Shown: in pieces, positions 35,136 through 45,064 of the stretch
Position numbering within the stretch: position 1 is the first letter of the stretch
Layout of the letters: every line of letters starts with the position of its first letter
DNA from: Acidimicrobiales bacterium
Lineage (GTDB): Bacteria > Actinomycetota > Acidimicrobiia > Acidimicrobiales > JAKAVM01
Reading direction: 5' to 3'
Assembly (NCBI GenBank): GCA_027452005.1
Contig: DAIDHF010000003.1
Span: forward strand, 38,925-102,924
DNA length: 64,000 nt
Notes under the pieces: model-generated
Databases searched by the model: none
Seen by the model: only the letters and a program-made list of their open reading frames with translations
Told to the model about the DNA's origin: nothing
Position numbers and translations under genes: made by a program

Positions 35136-36947
35136 CTAGTTGGCCAACTTTTGGCGGGCACGTTCAACCATAGGTCCGGCCCAGCTGGGCGAGGCTTGCC
35201 CTGTGGAATAACACCGTCGCAGATGTTCCAACCACTCTGAAGACTCTTCTAGCCCGCCGGGTCGATTTCTTAGTAGCCAACACGACTTGTAGTCTTCGAC
35301 TAGGTGGTCAAGCATAGTAACGAGGCGGTCCCGGGAGGACTTTGGGACAGACTCGATCGAATTAGAGTTTTCGAGTCGGGCCCGAGCGTCACTAATGGCC
35401 AGTTCTAGAAACCGAGCCGTATTAGAGATCTCCCTTGCCGAAATTTGAAGTCCGTGGTTACCTTCTCCCACTAAGGCCATATTGGCACTACTTAAGGCCT
35501 GAGAGACTACTTCTTGCATCTCGTCTAGGACGTTGAGACTCAGCCCGCTTGTCAGGCCGGTACCCACTGGAAACTGGGGTAGATATAGGTGCATAACCGC
35601 CAGTGACAGATTTGGAAGCTGGAAAGGCATCTTGGCGTAAAGGTCCCCCATAGATACCACGGCATGGCCGAGTTGGCAGTCAGGTCTCAAAAAGTAGCGT
35701 TCATCAATTAGCCGAGCGACTACCTCGGGCGAGATGTGGCTATTGGAACTAACACACCAAGAGAATGCCGCGCCAGCAACCAACCCGGGAAGAGATACCG
35801 GGAGGTGCTGGTGATGTCCAAAGTCCCCCCAGTCACAGGTCAAGACACCACCGAGTTCGAAGTCTCGCGCACTTTGGGATGCATGCAGGCAGTTCTCAAG
35901 TGTATTTGATACCCGCCCGGCCACAGAAAGCCAGCTAGAGGTTCCTGGACAAACCCACGATCTAGCTCCTAAGTCCCGGTAGCGTTGGGCGCTGACACTA
36001 AAGTCAAAGTTGGCCTCATAGTTCCAGTCGCACAAAGTTATGTTGTCGGCAAGATCTAGGGCGAGCTCTGGGTGGTGGCCTACCATGTCTGCCCAAACTA
36101 GTAGCTCGCGTTCCGATAGGCACTCAATCTCACTAATCCTATTTAGCCAAGTCCGCCATTGAGAACTCCGCTCGGCCGGCAGATCCCAGGGTTCGTCGAG
36201 ACCGACGTGAAAAAATGGCGAGTCCAGAGCCTCACAGAGTTGCCCAGCCAGATCGGCCACTAGATCTAGTGACTTTGGGTTTGTTGGATCCAGTGTAGAA
36301 GCTGGCGTTGCCAGCCCGAAGGCGTTTTGGCCGGTTCCGAGAATTATGCCCAAATCTTCATAGTCCTCGTGAATTAGCCATCTCTCCATATGACCGAGCA
36401 TGTTCTGGTTGGGAACTAGGTCGACGAAGCGCTCCTTAGAGTAGGCCGCGAGAACTCTTAGGTCATCGAGGGTATATGGATCACAGCCCTCCCAGACGGA
36501 CTCGTGACCTGGGTATGAAAAGACGTGCTCAAAGTAGAGTTGGACCTGGTTTATTTTCCAGGAGGCAAGTACGTCTATTAGATGGAGAAGCGTCTCAAGG
36601 GTGGGTACCCGGTTGCGTGAAACGTCCAACATTACCCCCCTTATCTTGTTATCAGGCCAGTCCCTAATCTTGCCTACGGGAATTCTTTGATCTGAGAATG
36701 AGCCCAAGAGTTGGTCGAGGGTTGCTCGGGCGTAAAACAGTCCGGGTTCATCTCGGTATGAGATAGTGACTTTCGATGGGGCAGAGATTTCAATTAGGTA
36801 ACCCTGCTCGGGTAAGTTGGGATCTGGACAACTTGAATAACCGACGTAGCTATCTAGAACTTGAGAATTAGACAAGTCGACTTGTCGAGGGTATGGGAGT
36901 AAGGCGAGATCCCCAAAGTCTCGGTGGGTCGTGACTAATGGTCTCAT
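35136..36947 (-). CDS. Glycoside hydrolase family 20-like protein (beta-N-acetylhexosaminidase family)
   Basis: The blocks IRGVMLDVSRNRVP, NQVQLYFEH and FHVGLDEPWD (the GH20 catalytic D-E region) are present. Confidence 0.65.
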   Translation of the reverse strand: MRPLVTTHRDFGDLALLPYPRQVDLSNSQVLDSYVGYSSCPDPNLPEQGYLIEISAPSKVTISYRDEPGLFYARATLDQLLGSFSDQRIPVGKIRDWPDNKIRGVMLDVSRNRVPTLETLLHLIDVLASWKINQVQLYFEHVFSYPGHESVWEGCDPYTLDDLRVLAAYSKERFVDLVPNQNMLGHMERWLIHEDYEDLGIILGTGQNAFGLATPASTLDPTNPKSLDLVADLAGQLCEALDSPFFHVGLDEPWDLPAERSSQWRTWLNRISEIECLSERELLVWADMVGHHPELALDLADNITLCDWNYEANFDFSVSAQRYRDLGARSWVCPGTSSWLSVAGRVSNTLENCLHASQSARDFELGGVLTCDWGDFGHHQHLPVSLPGLVAGAAFSWCVSSNSHISPEVVARLIDERYFLRPDCQLGHAVVSMGDLYAKMPFQLPNLSLAVMHLYLPQFPVGTGLTSGLSLNVLDEMQEVVSQALSSANMALVGEGNHGLQISAREISNTARFLELAISDARARLENSNSIESVPKSSRDRLVTMLDHLVEDYKSCWLLRNRPGGLEESSEWLEHLRRCYSTGQASPSWAGPMVERARQKLAN

Positions 36948-37006
36948 CCGACCAGGTTAGTTCTAAACCGATTGATCTTGCCTGGATTTATTTCTAAGCT
37001 GGAACT

Positions 37007-37672
37007 GTGGACTTCAGGGTTAGGAGCTATCGTGACGAGGACCGCCTCCAGGTCCGAAGGATATGCTTTGACACCGGGTATATGGGCGAGTCGGTCTCTT
37101 GGTACTGGAAGGACCTCAACAGCTTTGCGGACATCTTCGTGTCGTACTACACCGATCACGAACCCGAGTCCCTGTTTGTGGTAGTCGACGATGACGACCT
37201 CGTATATGGTTATCTAACCGGGTGCGTTACCACTACCAAGGGATCGGACCCCCTACGGGCCGGGCTCCGGGTAGCGCTAGGGGGTCTCGGGATCATCCGG
37301 CCATCGATTGCTACCACAATCTGGCGCTCAATTTCAGATGGGCTTGGTGACGTACTTATTAGACGGGTTCCGGCCATTAGGCCCTTTGAAGACCCCAGGT
37401 GGCCGTCTCACCTACACATCGACCTACTCGAGCCGGCCCGAGGCAAGGGTATGGGCAAGAAGCTCATGGAGACCTGGTTTGAGCGTCTTTCCCAACTGGG
37501 CTCTAGTGGGTGTTTTTTAGAGACCCTAGTGGAAAACAAGGGTGCGATTGACTTTTTTGAGTCCGTGGGATTTCGCAAGTTTGGTGAGGTCCAACCCGTC
37601 CCGGGAATTAGGACCCCACAAGGAGATCGCCTACACCGACAGATCATGGTCCGCGATATAGCCAGAAGCTAG
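37007..37672 (+). CDS. GNAT-family N-acetyltransferase
   Basis: The N-terminus RVRSYRDEDRLQVRRICFDTGYMGE and an acetyl-CoA loop PARGKGMGKKLM are present. The start is GTG. Confidence 0.7.
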   Translation: MDFRVRSYRDEDRLQVRRICFDTGYMGESVSWYWKDLNSFADIFVSYYTDHEPESLFVVVDDDDLVYGYLTGCVTTTKGSDPLRAGLRVALGGLGIIRPSIATTIWRSISDGLGDVLIRRVPAIRPFEDPRWPSHLHIDLLEPARGKGMGKKLMETWFERLSQLGSSGCFLETLVENKGAIDFFESVGFRKFGEVQPVPGIRTPQGDRLHRQIMVRDIARS

Positions 37673-37819
37673 ACCGGTCTTTCCTGGACTGTCCTCCTCT
37701 TACTTGTATGATCTCATGTAAGGTGAACACTGGACCCGTTGGTCCCCCAGTCATGGGGTAATAACCGGCCGAGACCCTCGGGTTTGGTCGAGGTTGCGTA
37801 CCCGGCTAAATTGGAGATA

Positions 37820-40800
37820 ATGAACCAACCAAACGCAATTGAGGTAGCCGAGCACTGGGGGAGTTTCGGTACTAACTCGTGGTTGGTGGAGGAAAAATAC
37901 GAGCAGTACCTGCAAGATCCCGACTCAGTTGGGGCGAGTTGGCAGGAGTTCTTTGATGACTTTCGCAGGTCCGAGTCACCGAATGCTTCTGTCGAGGAGT
38001 CTGCGAAGACCAACAGGGCTATCGAATCACCCAAAGTGACTACAAGCCCAGCGGCCCAAGTACCCCAAGTAACTTCAAGTCCAAATGCAGATTCTTCCAA
38101 AGTAAAGACAAGCCCAGCGACTGAGGCAACCCCTCAGGCATTGCCAGAAGAGGCCACAATCTTACGAGGGGCAGCAGCGCGCATTGCGGCCAACATGACC
38201 GAGAGTCTGTCAGTACCCACGGCCACGTCCATAAGGCCAATCCCGGCCAAGCTACTTGAGGTCAACCGGGAGCTTCTCAATCGGCACCTAGCCAGGACAC
38301 TCGGGGGCAAGGTTAGCTTTACTCATATAATTGGCTACGCTGTCGTCAAGGCAGTTGGAAGCGTCCCGGCCATGAACGCCAGGTTTGTCCCTTCGGCGGA
38401 TGGTAATGGCCAAAGTGGGGTAGTTCGAAGCACGGATGTAGGTCTTGGGATTGCTGTGGACGTGGAGAAGTCTGATGGGTCGAGGACTCTAATGGTTCCG
38501 TGTATCAAAGCCGCTCAGTCCCTCTCGTTTAAAGCTTTTGTTAGGAGCTATGAGGACCTAATCCGCAAGGTTCGCTCAAACAAGCTAAGCGTGGACGACT
38601 TTAGTGGGGTAACAATAACACTGACCAACCCTGGCACTTTAGGCACGGCAGGGTCAGTTCCGAGACTCATGCCCGGGCAAGGGGCAATAGTTGCAACCGG
38701 CTCTATAGGGTATCCGGTTGAATTTGGGGCCGCGGACCCTAAGTTTTTGGCATCTCTGGGGATCTCTAAGACGATTACGCTCACCTCAACCTATGATCAC
38801 CGTATTATTCAAGGTGCCGAATCCGGGATCTTCTTGAGCAAAATAGCCGACCTTCTACTCGGATCAGACGGATTTTATGAGGAGATCTTCAGGTCCATGG
38901 GGGCCCAGTTCTGTCCGTTCCACTGGAGCCAAGACCTCAATCCGGCAACTGGACCACAAGTTGAGCTACTCAAGCAGATTCACGTGGGAACCCTGATAAA
39001 CATGTACCGGGTTCGTGGTCATTTGATCGCTAACCTCGACCCGTTGGCAGATGATCCCCCCAAGCTCCATAGCGAACTCGACCCGGGAACCTATGGACTG
39101 ACTCTCTGGGACCTAGATCGTGAGTTTCTCGTCGACAACCTGGCGGGGAGGACCCAGATCACTCTAGGAGCAGCCCTGGGGATTCTTCGAGATGCCTACT
39201 GCCAGAGCGCGGGGGTCGAGTACATGCATATTCAAGAGCCCGACCAGAAGCGCTGGATCCAGGCCCATGTGGAAGGGATCCCCACCTCCATCACCGTGTC
39301 TGAGCAGCTTGGGATTCTAGAGAAGCTCAATGCGGCTGAAGCCTTCGAGAAGTTTTTGCACTCCCGGTACATTGGACAAAAGCGATTTGGGCTCGAGGGT
39401 GGTGAGTCGGCTATAGCCCTCTTGGCCGGTCTCTTAGATGAAGCCGGACAGGAGGGGATTGATGAGTGCCTATTTGGGATGGCCCATAGAGGTCGGCTGA
39501 ACGTGATGGTGAATATCGTTGGAAAGTCCTACACGGAGATGTTCGACGAGTTTGAAGGCAACCTCGACCCCGAAACAGTTCAGGGGTCTGGGGACGTTAA
39601 GTACCACAAGGGATGCGAGGGAATCTACAAGACCTCCCACAACAAGGATGTCCGGGTCTATCTGGCAGCAAACCCGTCCCACCTAGAGGCCGTGGATCCG
39701 GTTTCAGAAGGAATGGTTCGAGCTCATCAAGACCTGCTAAGTGCTTCAGGAGTGTCCAATAGCCGGGACAAGATACTCCCGGTGGTCATCCATGGCGATG
39801 CCGCCTTTGCTGGCCAGGGGGTCGTGGCAGAGACCTTGAACCTGTCTAACCTGCCAGGATACTCAACAGGTGGGACGATTCACCTGGTAATTAACAACCA
39901 GGTAGGTTTTACAACAGACCCCACCGAGGCCAGATCCTCTGTCTATCCGACCGACGTGGCCAAAATGGTCCAGGCCCCGATCTTCCACGTCAACGGGGAC
40001 GACCCAGAGGCCTGTGTTAGGGTCGGCAAGTTGGCGTTCGCCTTCCGTCAGGCCTTCCACAAGGACGTGGTCATAGACATGTGGTGCTACCGTCGTTACG
40101 GTCATAATGAGGGTGATGAACCCAGCTACACCCAGCCCCAGATGTACGAGAAGATCGATCAGCACCGATCTGTCAGAAAGATCTACACCGAGACCTTGAT
40201 CCGTCGAGGTGATATTACCATGGAAGAGGCTGAGAAGTCACTGGATGATTTTCAGTCCAAGCTTCAGTTCGCACTTGAAGAGACTCGCTCATCAGCCCCG
40301 GCCAAGCTCGTCGAGTTACCTAAACCCAAACCTCCAGAGCCATTAGCTCTTTACAAGACCTCTTACGAGCGCGCTCATCTGGACGTGATTGCTGAAAGCC
40401 TCACCCGGTTCCCAGATGGCTTTAGCGTCCATCCAAAGTTGGCCTCTCAATTTGCTAGCCGCCAGAAGCTATATAGTGACGGGATTGTAGACTGGAGCCT
40501 TGGAGAGGCCTTTGCCTATGGTAGTCTCCTGGCAGACTCGATCAACGTTAGACTATCGGGTCAAGATACTAGACGTGGGACTTTTAGCCACCGTCACTCG
40601 GTCTTGATCGATTATCATAATGGCCAGTCGTTCTGTCCACTGGGATCCATAGGGATAAACGGGGCGGCCCGTGAAATGGGGATAGAACCCGATAGGCTCG
40701 GACGGTTTTACGTTTTTGACTCCTTATTGAGCGAGTATGCGGCTCTGGGTTTTGAGTATGGATACTCAATTGGGGATCCCGCATCACTAGTCATCTGGGA

Positions 40801-41620
40801 GGCCCAGTTTGGAGATTTTTCGAACGGGGCCCAGACGATAATCGATGAATTCATTGTGTCGGCGGGGGAAAAGTGGGACCTGCGCAGTGGGCTGGTAATG
40901 TTGCTCCCTCATGGATATGAAGGTCAAGGTCCTGATCACTCATCTGCCAGGCTTGAGAGGTTCCTGCAGCTGTGTGCAGAAGATAACCTCCATTTGGTCA
41001 ATCCAACAACCGCGAGTCAGTTTTTCCATCTCATTAGAGGACATGCCCTAGGGCTTGGTTCGTCAAGCGTGCGACCTCTCATCGTTATGTCCCCCAAGTC
41101 TTTACTTAGGGCCCAGCAATCTAGGTCGAAAGTCTCGGAATTTACTAGTGGGTCATTTAGTACGGTATTGGACGACACTCGGTTCGATGAGAACAATACA
41201 ACTGAAACCTATTCAAAGTCCGGCGTGCGTCGAGTTGTACTGTGTTCAGGCAAGATCGCCTTTGACGCATTATCGCACCTAGAAAGGTCAGACCAGACTC
41301 AGGCCGAAGTTGGAGACCTGGGACGATTGTCAGCCAACCAAGTTTCGGTGGTCCGAATCGAACAACTCTATCCGTGGCCCGAAGACGAGTTGGAAGCAAT
41401 TCTATCGACCTATAGCGACATCGATCAGATAGTCTGGCTTCAAGACGAGCCTGAGAACATGGGGGCATGGATGTTTGTAGAGCCCAAGCTTCGAGAATGC
41501 CTTGGACCTGATTTCAGGGTGGATCACGTGGCTCGACGACCCTCGGGATCTCCTGCAACCGGGAGTTCCCAGATCCACCAGCTGGAGCTTCAAGACTTAC
41601 TCAGACGTACACTCGACTAA
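37820..41620 (+). CDS. kgd: Multifunctional 2-oxoglutarate decarboxylase/dehydrogenase E1 with fused E2-like succinyltransferase domain (actinobacterial Kgd/OdhA type)
   Basis: The protein is about 1,266 aa. An E2-like catalytic region (TLTSTYDHRIIQGAESG) precedes a SucA-type E1 region (GMAHRGRLN, HGDAAFAGQGVV, LLPHGYEGQGPDHSSAR). The start is set at ATG 37820 (MNQPNAIEV...). Confidence 0.9.
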   Translation: MNQPNAIEVAEHWGSFGTNSWLVEEKYEQYLQDPDSVGASWQEFFDDFRRSESPNASVEESAKTNRAIESPKVTTSPAAQVPQVTSSPNADSSKVKTSPATEATPQALPEEATILRGAAARIAANMTESLSVPTATSIRPIPAKLLEVNRELLNRHLARTLGGKVSFTHIIGYAVVKAVGSVPAMNARFVPSADGNGQSGVVRSTDVGLGIAVDVEKSDGSRTLMVPCIKAAQSLSFKAFVRSYEDLIRKVRSNKLSVDDFSGVTITLTNPGTLGTAGSVPRLMPGQGAIVATGSIGYPVEFGAADPKFLASLGISKTITLTSTYDHRIIQGAESGIFLSKIADLLLGSDGFYEEIFRSMGAQFCPFHWSQDLNPATGPQVELLKQIHVGTLINMYRVRGHLIANLDPLADDPPKLHSELDPGTYGLTLWDLDREFLVDNLAGRTQITLGAALGILRDAYCQSAGVEYMHIQEPDQKRWIQAHVEGIPTSITVSEQLGILEKLNAAEAFEKFLHSRYIGQKRFGLEGGESAIALLAGLLDEAGQEGIDECLFGMAHRGRLNVMVNIVGKSYTEMFDEFEGNLDPETVQGSGDVKYHKGCEGIYKTSHNKDVRVYLAANPSHLEAVDPVSEGMVRAHQDLLSASGVSNSRDKILPVVIHGDAAFAGQGVVAETLNLSNLPGYSTGGTIHLVINNQVGFTTDPTEARSSVYPTDVAKMVQAPIFHVNGDDPEACVRVGKLAFAFRQAFHKDVVIDMWCYRRYGHNEGDEPSYTQPQMYEKIDQHRSVRKIYTETLIRRGDITMEEAEKSLDDFQSKLQFALEETRSSAPAKLVELPKPKPPEPLALYKTSYERAHLDVIAESLTRFPDGFSVHPKLASQFASRQKLYSDGIVDWSLGEAFAYGSLLADSINVRLSGQDTRRGTFSHRHSVLIDYHNGQSFCPLGSIGINGAAREMGIEPDRLGRFYVFDSLLSEYAALGFEYGYSIGDPASLVIWEAQFGDFSNGAQTIIDEFIVSAGEKWDLRSGLVMLLPHGYEGQGPDHSSARLERFLQLCAEDNLHLVNPTTASQFFHLIRGHALGLGSSSVRPLIVMSPKSLLRAQQSRSKVSEFTSGSFSTVLDDTRFDENNTTETYSKSGVRRVVLCSGKIAFDALSHLERSDQTQAEVGDLGRLSANQVSVVRIEQLYPWPEDELEAILSTYSDIDQIVWLQDEPENMGAWMFVEPKLRECLGPDFRVDHVARRPSGSPATGSSQIHQLELQDLLRRTLD

Positions 41621-41743
41621 GGTCGGCAATGTGAGACCTCTTGGCTGGACAATCAACGGGTTTTATAGGTCCCGATAACCACTGGGTTTAGCGACCAGCA
41701 GCAGTGTAGGCTAGAGCCCGAGAGAGTTCAAGGAGTAAGTTAG

Positions 41744-42160
41744 GTGGATCCCAGTACAGTCCTTCCCCATCGGGCCCCGTTTTTATTGGTGGACGAGGTG
41801 ACCGAAGTAGTAGCCCAACACAGCGCGAGAGGTTACTGGCGCCTGACTGGGCAGGAGTGGTTTTTTTCTGGCCATTTCCCAGGCCGTCCGACTCTCCCCG
41901 GGGTCTTGATGATCGAGTCAATTGCGCAACTAGGTGGCGTATGTGTACTAAGCGGGGAGCGTTACCAGGGAAAGTTGGCCCTATTTGGCGGGATAGACAA
42001 GGCACGTTTTAGGCGCCAAGTCGTCCCCGGCGATCTACTAGAACTAGAGGTTACCATGACCCGACTTGGTACGAGCGCTGGAAAGGGCCATGGGCTTGCC
42101 CGGGTAGGAACCGAGGTAGCATGTGAAGCCGATCTTCTCTTTGTGATTGTAGACAGCTAG
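41744..42160 (+). CDS. fabZ: 3-hydroxyacyl-ACP dehydratase
   Basis: The motifs LPHRAPFLLVDEV, FFSGHFPGRPTLPGVLMIES and a hot-dog fold length are present. An RBS (aaggag) is upstream of the GTG. Confidence 0.88.
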   Translation: MDPSTVLPHRAPFLLVDEVTEVVAQHSARGYWRLTGQEWFFSGHFPGRPTLPGVLMIESIAQLGGVCVLSGERYQGKLALFGGIDKARFRRQVVPGDLLELEVTMTRLGTSAGKGHGLARVGTEVACEADLLFVIVDS

Positions 42161-42174
42161 GTAGGGTCATCTAG

Positions 42175-42951
42175 ATGAGATTGGCAACGTGGAACGTAAA
42201 CTCTCTAAAGGCTCGCCTTGAGAGAGTGACTACTTGGACTCAAGAGATCGGCCCCGATATATTGTGCATACAAGAGACCAAGATGAAGCCCGAGGCATTT
42301 CCGGTCGAGCATTTCACCTCTCTTGGTTATGAGAGCGTACATTTTGGTCAAGGTCAGTGGAATGGAGTTGCAATACTAAGCCGGGTTGGACTCGACGACT
42401 CTCACTTGGGATTTGTCGGACAAGACCTCGACGAGGGCCAAGAGGCTAGGGTAGTTAGCGCTAGATGTGGTGGGATTCACGTCGTGAACGTGTACGTTCC
42501 CAACGGACGCAGTCTCGATGATGATCACTACAAGTACAAACTGGAGTGGATGGACCAACTAACCAGGTCACTTGAGCTAAGTTTCGCACGGTCAGATCTG
42601 GTAGTTGTATGCGGAGACTTCAACATTGCCCCAGAGGACCGAGACGTATACGACCCGGCAAAACTGGAAGGCATGACCCACGTTTCAACACCTGAACGCG
42701 ACTGTATTGCCAGGTTGGCCGGGTTGGGATTCTCGGACTCGTTCCGCCTTTTCTACCCATCTGCTGGACTTTATTCTTGGTGGGACTATCGCCAGGGGTC
42801 CTTCCACAAGGGTCATGGTATGAGGATCGACCTGATAATGGTCTCAGAGGGTCTCCTGGGCAACTGCGTGGGGTCTTTGATTGACAGAAACGCCCGCAAG
42901 GGTACTCAGCCATCAGATCACGCCCCAGTGGTAGTTGAATTCAACTTATAG
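42175..42951 (+). CDS. xthA: Exodeoxyribonuclease III
   Basis: The motifs MRLATWNVNSLKARL, CIQETK, GDFNIAP and a C-terminal SDHAPV are present. Confidence 0.9.
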   Translation: MRLATWNVNSLKARLERVTTWTQEIGPDILCIQETKMKPEAFPVEHFTSLGYESVHFGQGQWNGVAILSRVGLDDSHLGFVGQDLDEGQEARVVSARCGGIHVVNVYVPNGRSLDDDHYKYKLEWMDQLTRSLELSFARSDLVVVCGDFNIAPEDRDVYDPAKLEGMTHVSTPERDCIARLAGLGFSDSFRLFYPSAGLYSWWDYRQGSFHKGHGMRIDLIMVSEGLLGNCVGSLIDRNARKGTQPSDHAPVVVEFNL

Positions 42952-42972
42952 GTCTGCTTATTGTGGCCGAAC

Positions 42973-43203
42973 CTAGCCAGAGCGCCAGGTAGGCTGGCGC
43001 TCCAGGCAGGACTTGTGCCAGTGGCGCCGAAAGTGAGGGTCAATTTCAGGGACCACCACGTAGTGGCCGGTTCCCGGGTGAATCTCGCAGTTGCAATGTG
43101 GGCACAGGTAGGTCTTTTTGGCCTGGTAGGGCTGGATCTTTATAACTTCTGCCTGCTGACCGGTTGTGGGATCAACTATCAGGGTTGCCTTGGCCTGGCT
43201 CAT
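42973..43203 (-). CDS. Small zinc-ribbon protein (conserved actinobacterial hypothetical)
   Basis: The sequence PYQAKKTYLCPHCNCEIHPGTGHYVVVP...RRHWHKSC is present. The start is uncertain (ATG 43203, or GTG 43227 directly after an in-frame TGA). Confidence 0.55.
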   Translation of the reverse strand: MSQAKATLIVDPTTGQQAEVIKIQPYQAKKTYLCPHCNCEIHPGTGHYVVVPEIDPHFRRHWHKSCLERQPTWRSG

Positions 43204-43355
43204 GGTTATAGATAACACTAGTCCCACTCAGTATTGATGCCTAGATTGTTCGGGAGCCAGACGAGCACCTGGATTACCAGCTCTACCGGGGCATTGGGCG
43301 AGAGTGCTCCCGCCTGAAGGTGCGAGGTGAATCACTCATACCGGCGCATGCCTAC

Positions 43356-43610
43356 TCAGGCCGGTCGTCGCTTACTCTCGACATACTCACGAATAACGCT
43401 CAGCGGCGCACCACCGGCAGTGCCGACGTAGTAGGAGCGGGACCAGAAGTGCTTCTCCGACAGGTACTTGTTGAGCTGGGCCGGATGTCTCTGGCGTAAA
43501 ATCCGAGAGGAGACACCTTTCAACGAGTTCACCAACCGGGAGAGCTGCACGCTAGGCGGAAACTCGATCAGCAGGTGTACGTGATCGTCCTCGCCGTTGA
43601 ACTCCACCAA
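43356..43610 (-). pseudogene. tnpA: IS200/IS605 TnpA (Y1 HUH transposase), N-terminally truncated
   Basis: The translation is VEFNGEDDHVHLLIEFPPSVQLSRLVNSLKGVSSRILRQ...FWSRSYYVGTAGGAPLSVIREYVE. About 60 N-terminal residues are missing, and an in-frame TAA lies directly upstream. Confidence 0.8.
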
Positions 43611-43619
43611 AGTCCGGCC

Positions 43620-44200
43620 TTAACCGGGTCATCCTCAACGAAGGTTGGGGAACACTGCTCGATCTCACCAGGTACAAGATGGTAGCCGGGTCGCAGATGC
43701 GGGTCCGCCATCAAGTTACCCCGAGGGGACTGGCGGCTTCAGCCGTCAGGGGAGTCTCGGTTCGGGGCGACGCCCCCGGGGCGTCACACCCGAGGAATAC
43801 AGTGGATGGCAACGGGATTGGACGGGTCCTTCAAGCGCCTGTAGGGGAATGGCTGAGAAGAGCTCTCTGGTAGAGGCCAGCAGGAAGCTGGTGGTCTCAG
43901 CCATCACAGGACGTCACACCTGGACAGCGCAAGAACCAAGCCCTGTTCGCGTGTGGAAACACAGACTGTGGCTGGACCGGTAACGCCGACTTCAACGCGT
44001 CCTGCAACATCCTTATGCGCGCCGTGAGTGGGGGCCTTGTAACCACCCTGTCCGCAGGAACTGTGGATAATGCCCGCTCCAGCTACGAACTGGAGAAACG
44101 ACCGGACGCACTAGCATCGGTCGGGACTGAGGTATCGCCGAAGTTGGGCGTGCCGGGGAAGTGGGAAAACAGACCGAGCCAGAGGACGGCCGCACCATGA
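43620..44200 (+). pseudogene. tnpB: TnpB (IS605 OrfB) remnant, frameshifted; only the region after RuvC-II and the Zn-finger/RuvC-III end are recognisable
   Basis: The pieces ILNEGWGTLLDLTRYK (43630-43680) and RKNQALFACGNTDCGWTGNADFNASCNILMRA (about 43935-44030) lie in different frames. Confidence 0.6.
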
Positions 44201-44279
44201 CCGGGACTAGCTCACCAAGACACCGCCTTGAAGCGGGGGCAGTTCACGGACCACAACTATCGCGAGTAAGGTTGCCTAG

Positions 44280-45053
44280 ATGAGCGTGCTTGAAATTGAA
44301 CGAAGTAACGGGGTGGTTACACTAACCCTAAATAGGCCGGACAAGAAGAACGCGGCGAACATGGAGTTGTGGCGAGCACTCCTGGATGCGTTCTTAGAGA
44401 TCCGGGAGAGACCTGAAGACAGGGTGGTGGTTCTAACAGGGGCCGGGGGAGACTTTTGTTCTGGGGCTGACCTGGCTGATCTAGCCGGGCGGACAGAGGG
44501 GCATCAACTCCACTGGATGCGCCATCTCGCAGATGTGGCCCTGGCTCTACACCGCCTGCCAAAGCCCACCCTGGCAAAGGTTACAGGGGTAGCAGCCGGG
44601 GCGGGATGCAACATGGCACTTTGTTGTGACTTGATTGTTGCTAGCTCCAATGCTCGCTTTACCCAGATCTTCCCCAAACGGGGACTGTCTCTAGATTTCG
44701 GTGGGTCCTGGTTGCTTCCTCGCCTAATCGGCATGGCTAAGGCCAAAGAACTGGCATTTTTTGGAGATATTATATCTGGACAAGAGGCTTATGAGATCGG
44801 TCTGATCAATCGAGCCGTGGATGAGGGTGAAATCGACAAGGTTGTCGAAGACTGGGCCGGTCGTCTGGTCAAGGGGCCCCCAATTGCTCTGTCGATGACC
44901 AAGTCTCAACTCAACTCTAGTTTTTCTATGTCGATGGATCAGGCCCTTGAGAACGAGGCGGCCATGCAGTCACTCAATTTGCGCTCAAACGACATGGCCG
45001 AGGCTATGAAGGCTTTTGCAGAAAAACGAGAGCCCAACTTTCTGGGCTGGTAA
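44280..45053 (+). CDS. Enoyl-CoA hydratase/isomerase (crotonase family)
   Basis: The blocks VVVLTGAGGDFCSGADL, KPTLAKVTGVAAGAGCNMALCCD and a C-terminal AFAEKREPNF are present. Confidence 0.88.
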   Translation: MSVLEIERSNGVVTLTLNRPDKKNAANMELWRALLDAFLEIRERPEDRVVVLTGAGGDFCSGADLADLAGRTEGHQLHWMRHLADVALALHRLPKPTLAKVTGVAAGAGCNMALCCDLIVASSNARFTQIFPKRGLSLDFGGSWLLPRLIGMAKAKELAFFGDIISGQEAYEIGLINRAVDEGEIDKVVEDWAGRLVKGPPIALSMTKSQLNSSFSMSMDQALENEAAMQSLNLRSNDMAEAMKAFAEKREPNFLGW

Positions 45054-45064
45054 TAGTCCTGGAG

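Larger units (their letters stand above)
43240..44270. mobile_element. Internally deleted IS200/IS605-family element (divergent tnpA/tnpB remnants; boundaries approximate)
   Basis: A tnpA 3' half is on the minus strand and tnpB 3' pieces are on the plus strand. Similar subterminal motifs lie on the same strand near both ends: cgcctgaaggtgcgagg (43311-43327) and cgccttgaagcggggg (44224-44239). Confidence 0.65.

Noticed and set aside
41688-42005. A 105-aa minus-strand ORF overlapping fabZ.
   Set aside because: It is antisense to a gene with unambiguous FabZ motifs and has no independent support.
43645-44200. ORFs 43645-43983(+), 43679-43873(+), 44015-44200(+) and 44013-44198(-) as genes.
   Set aside because: They are frame fragments of the decayed TnpB region. 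The recognisable TnpB motifs are split across frames, so none is an intact gene.
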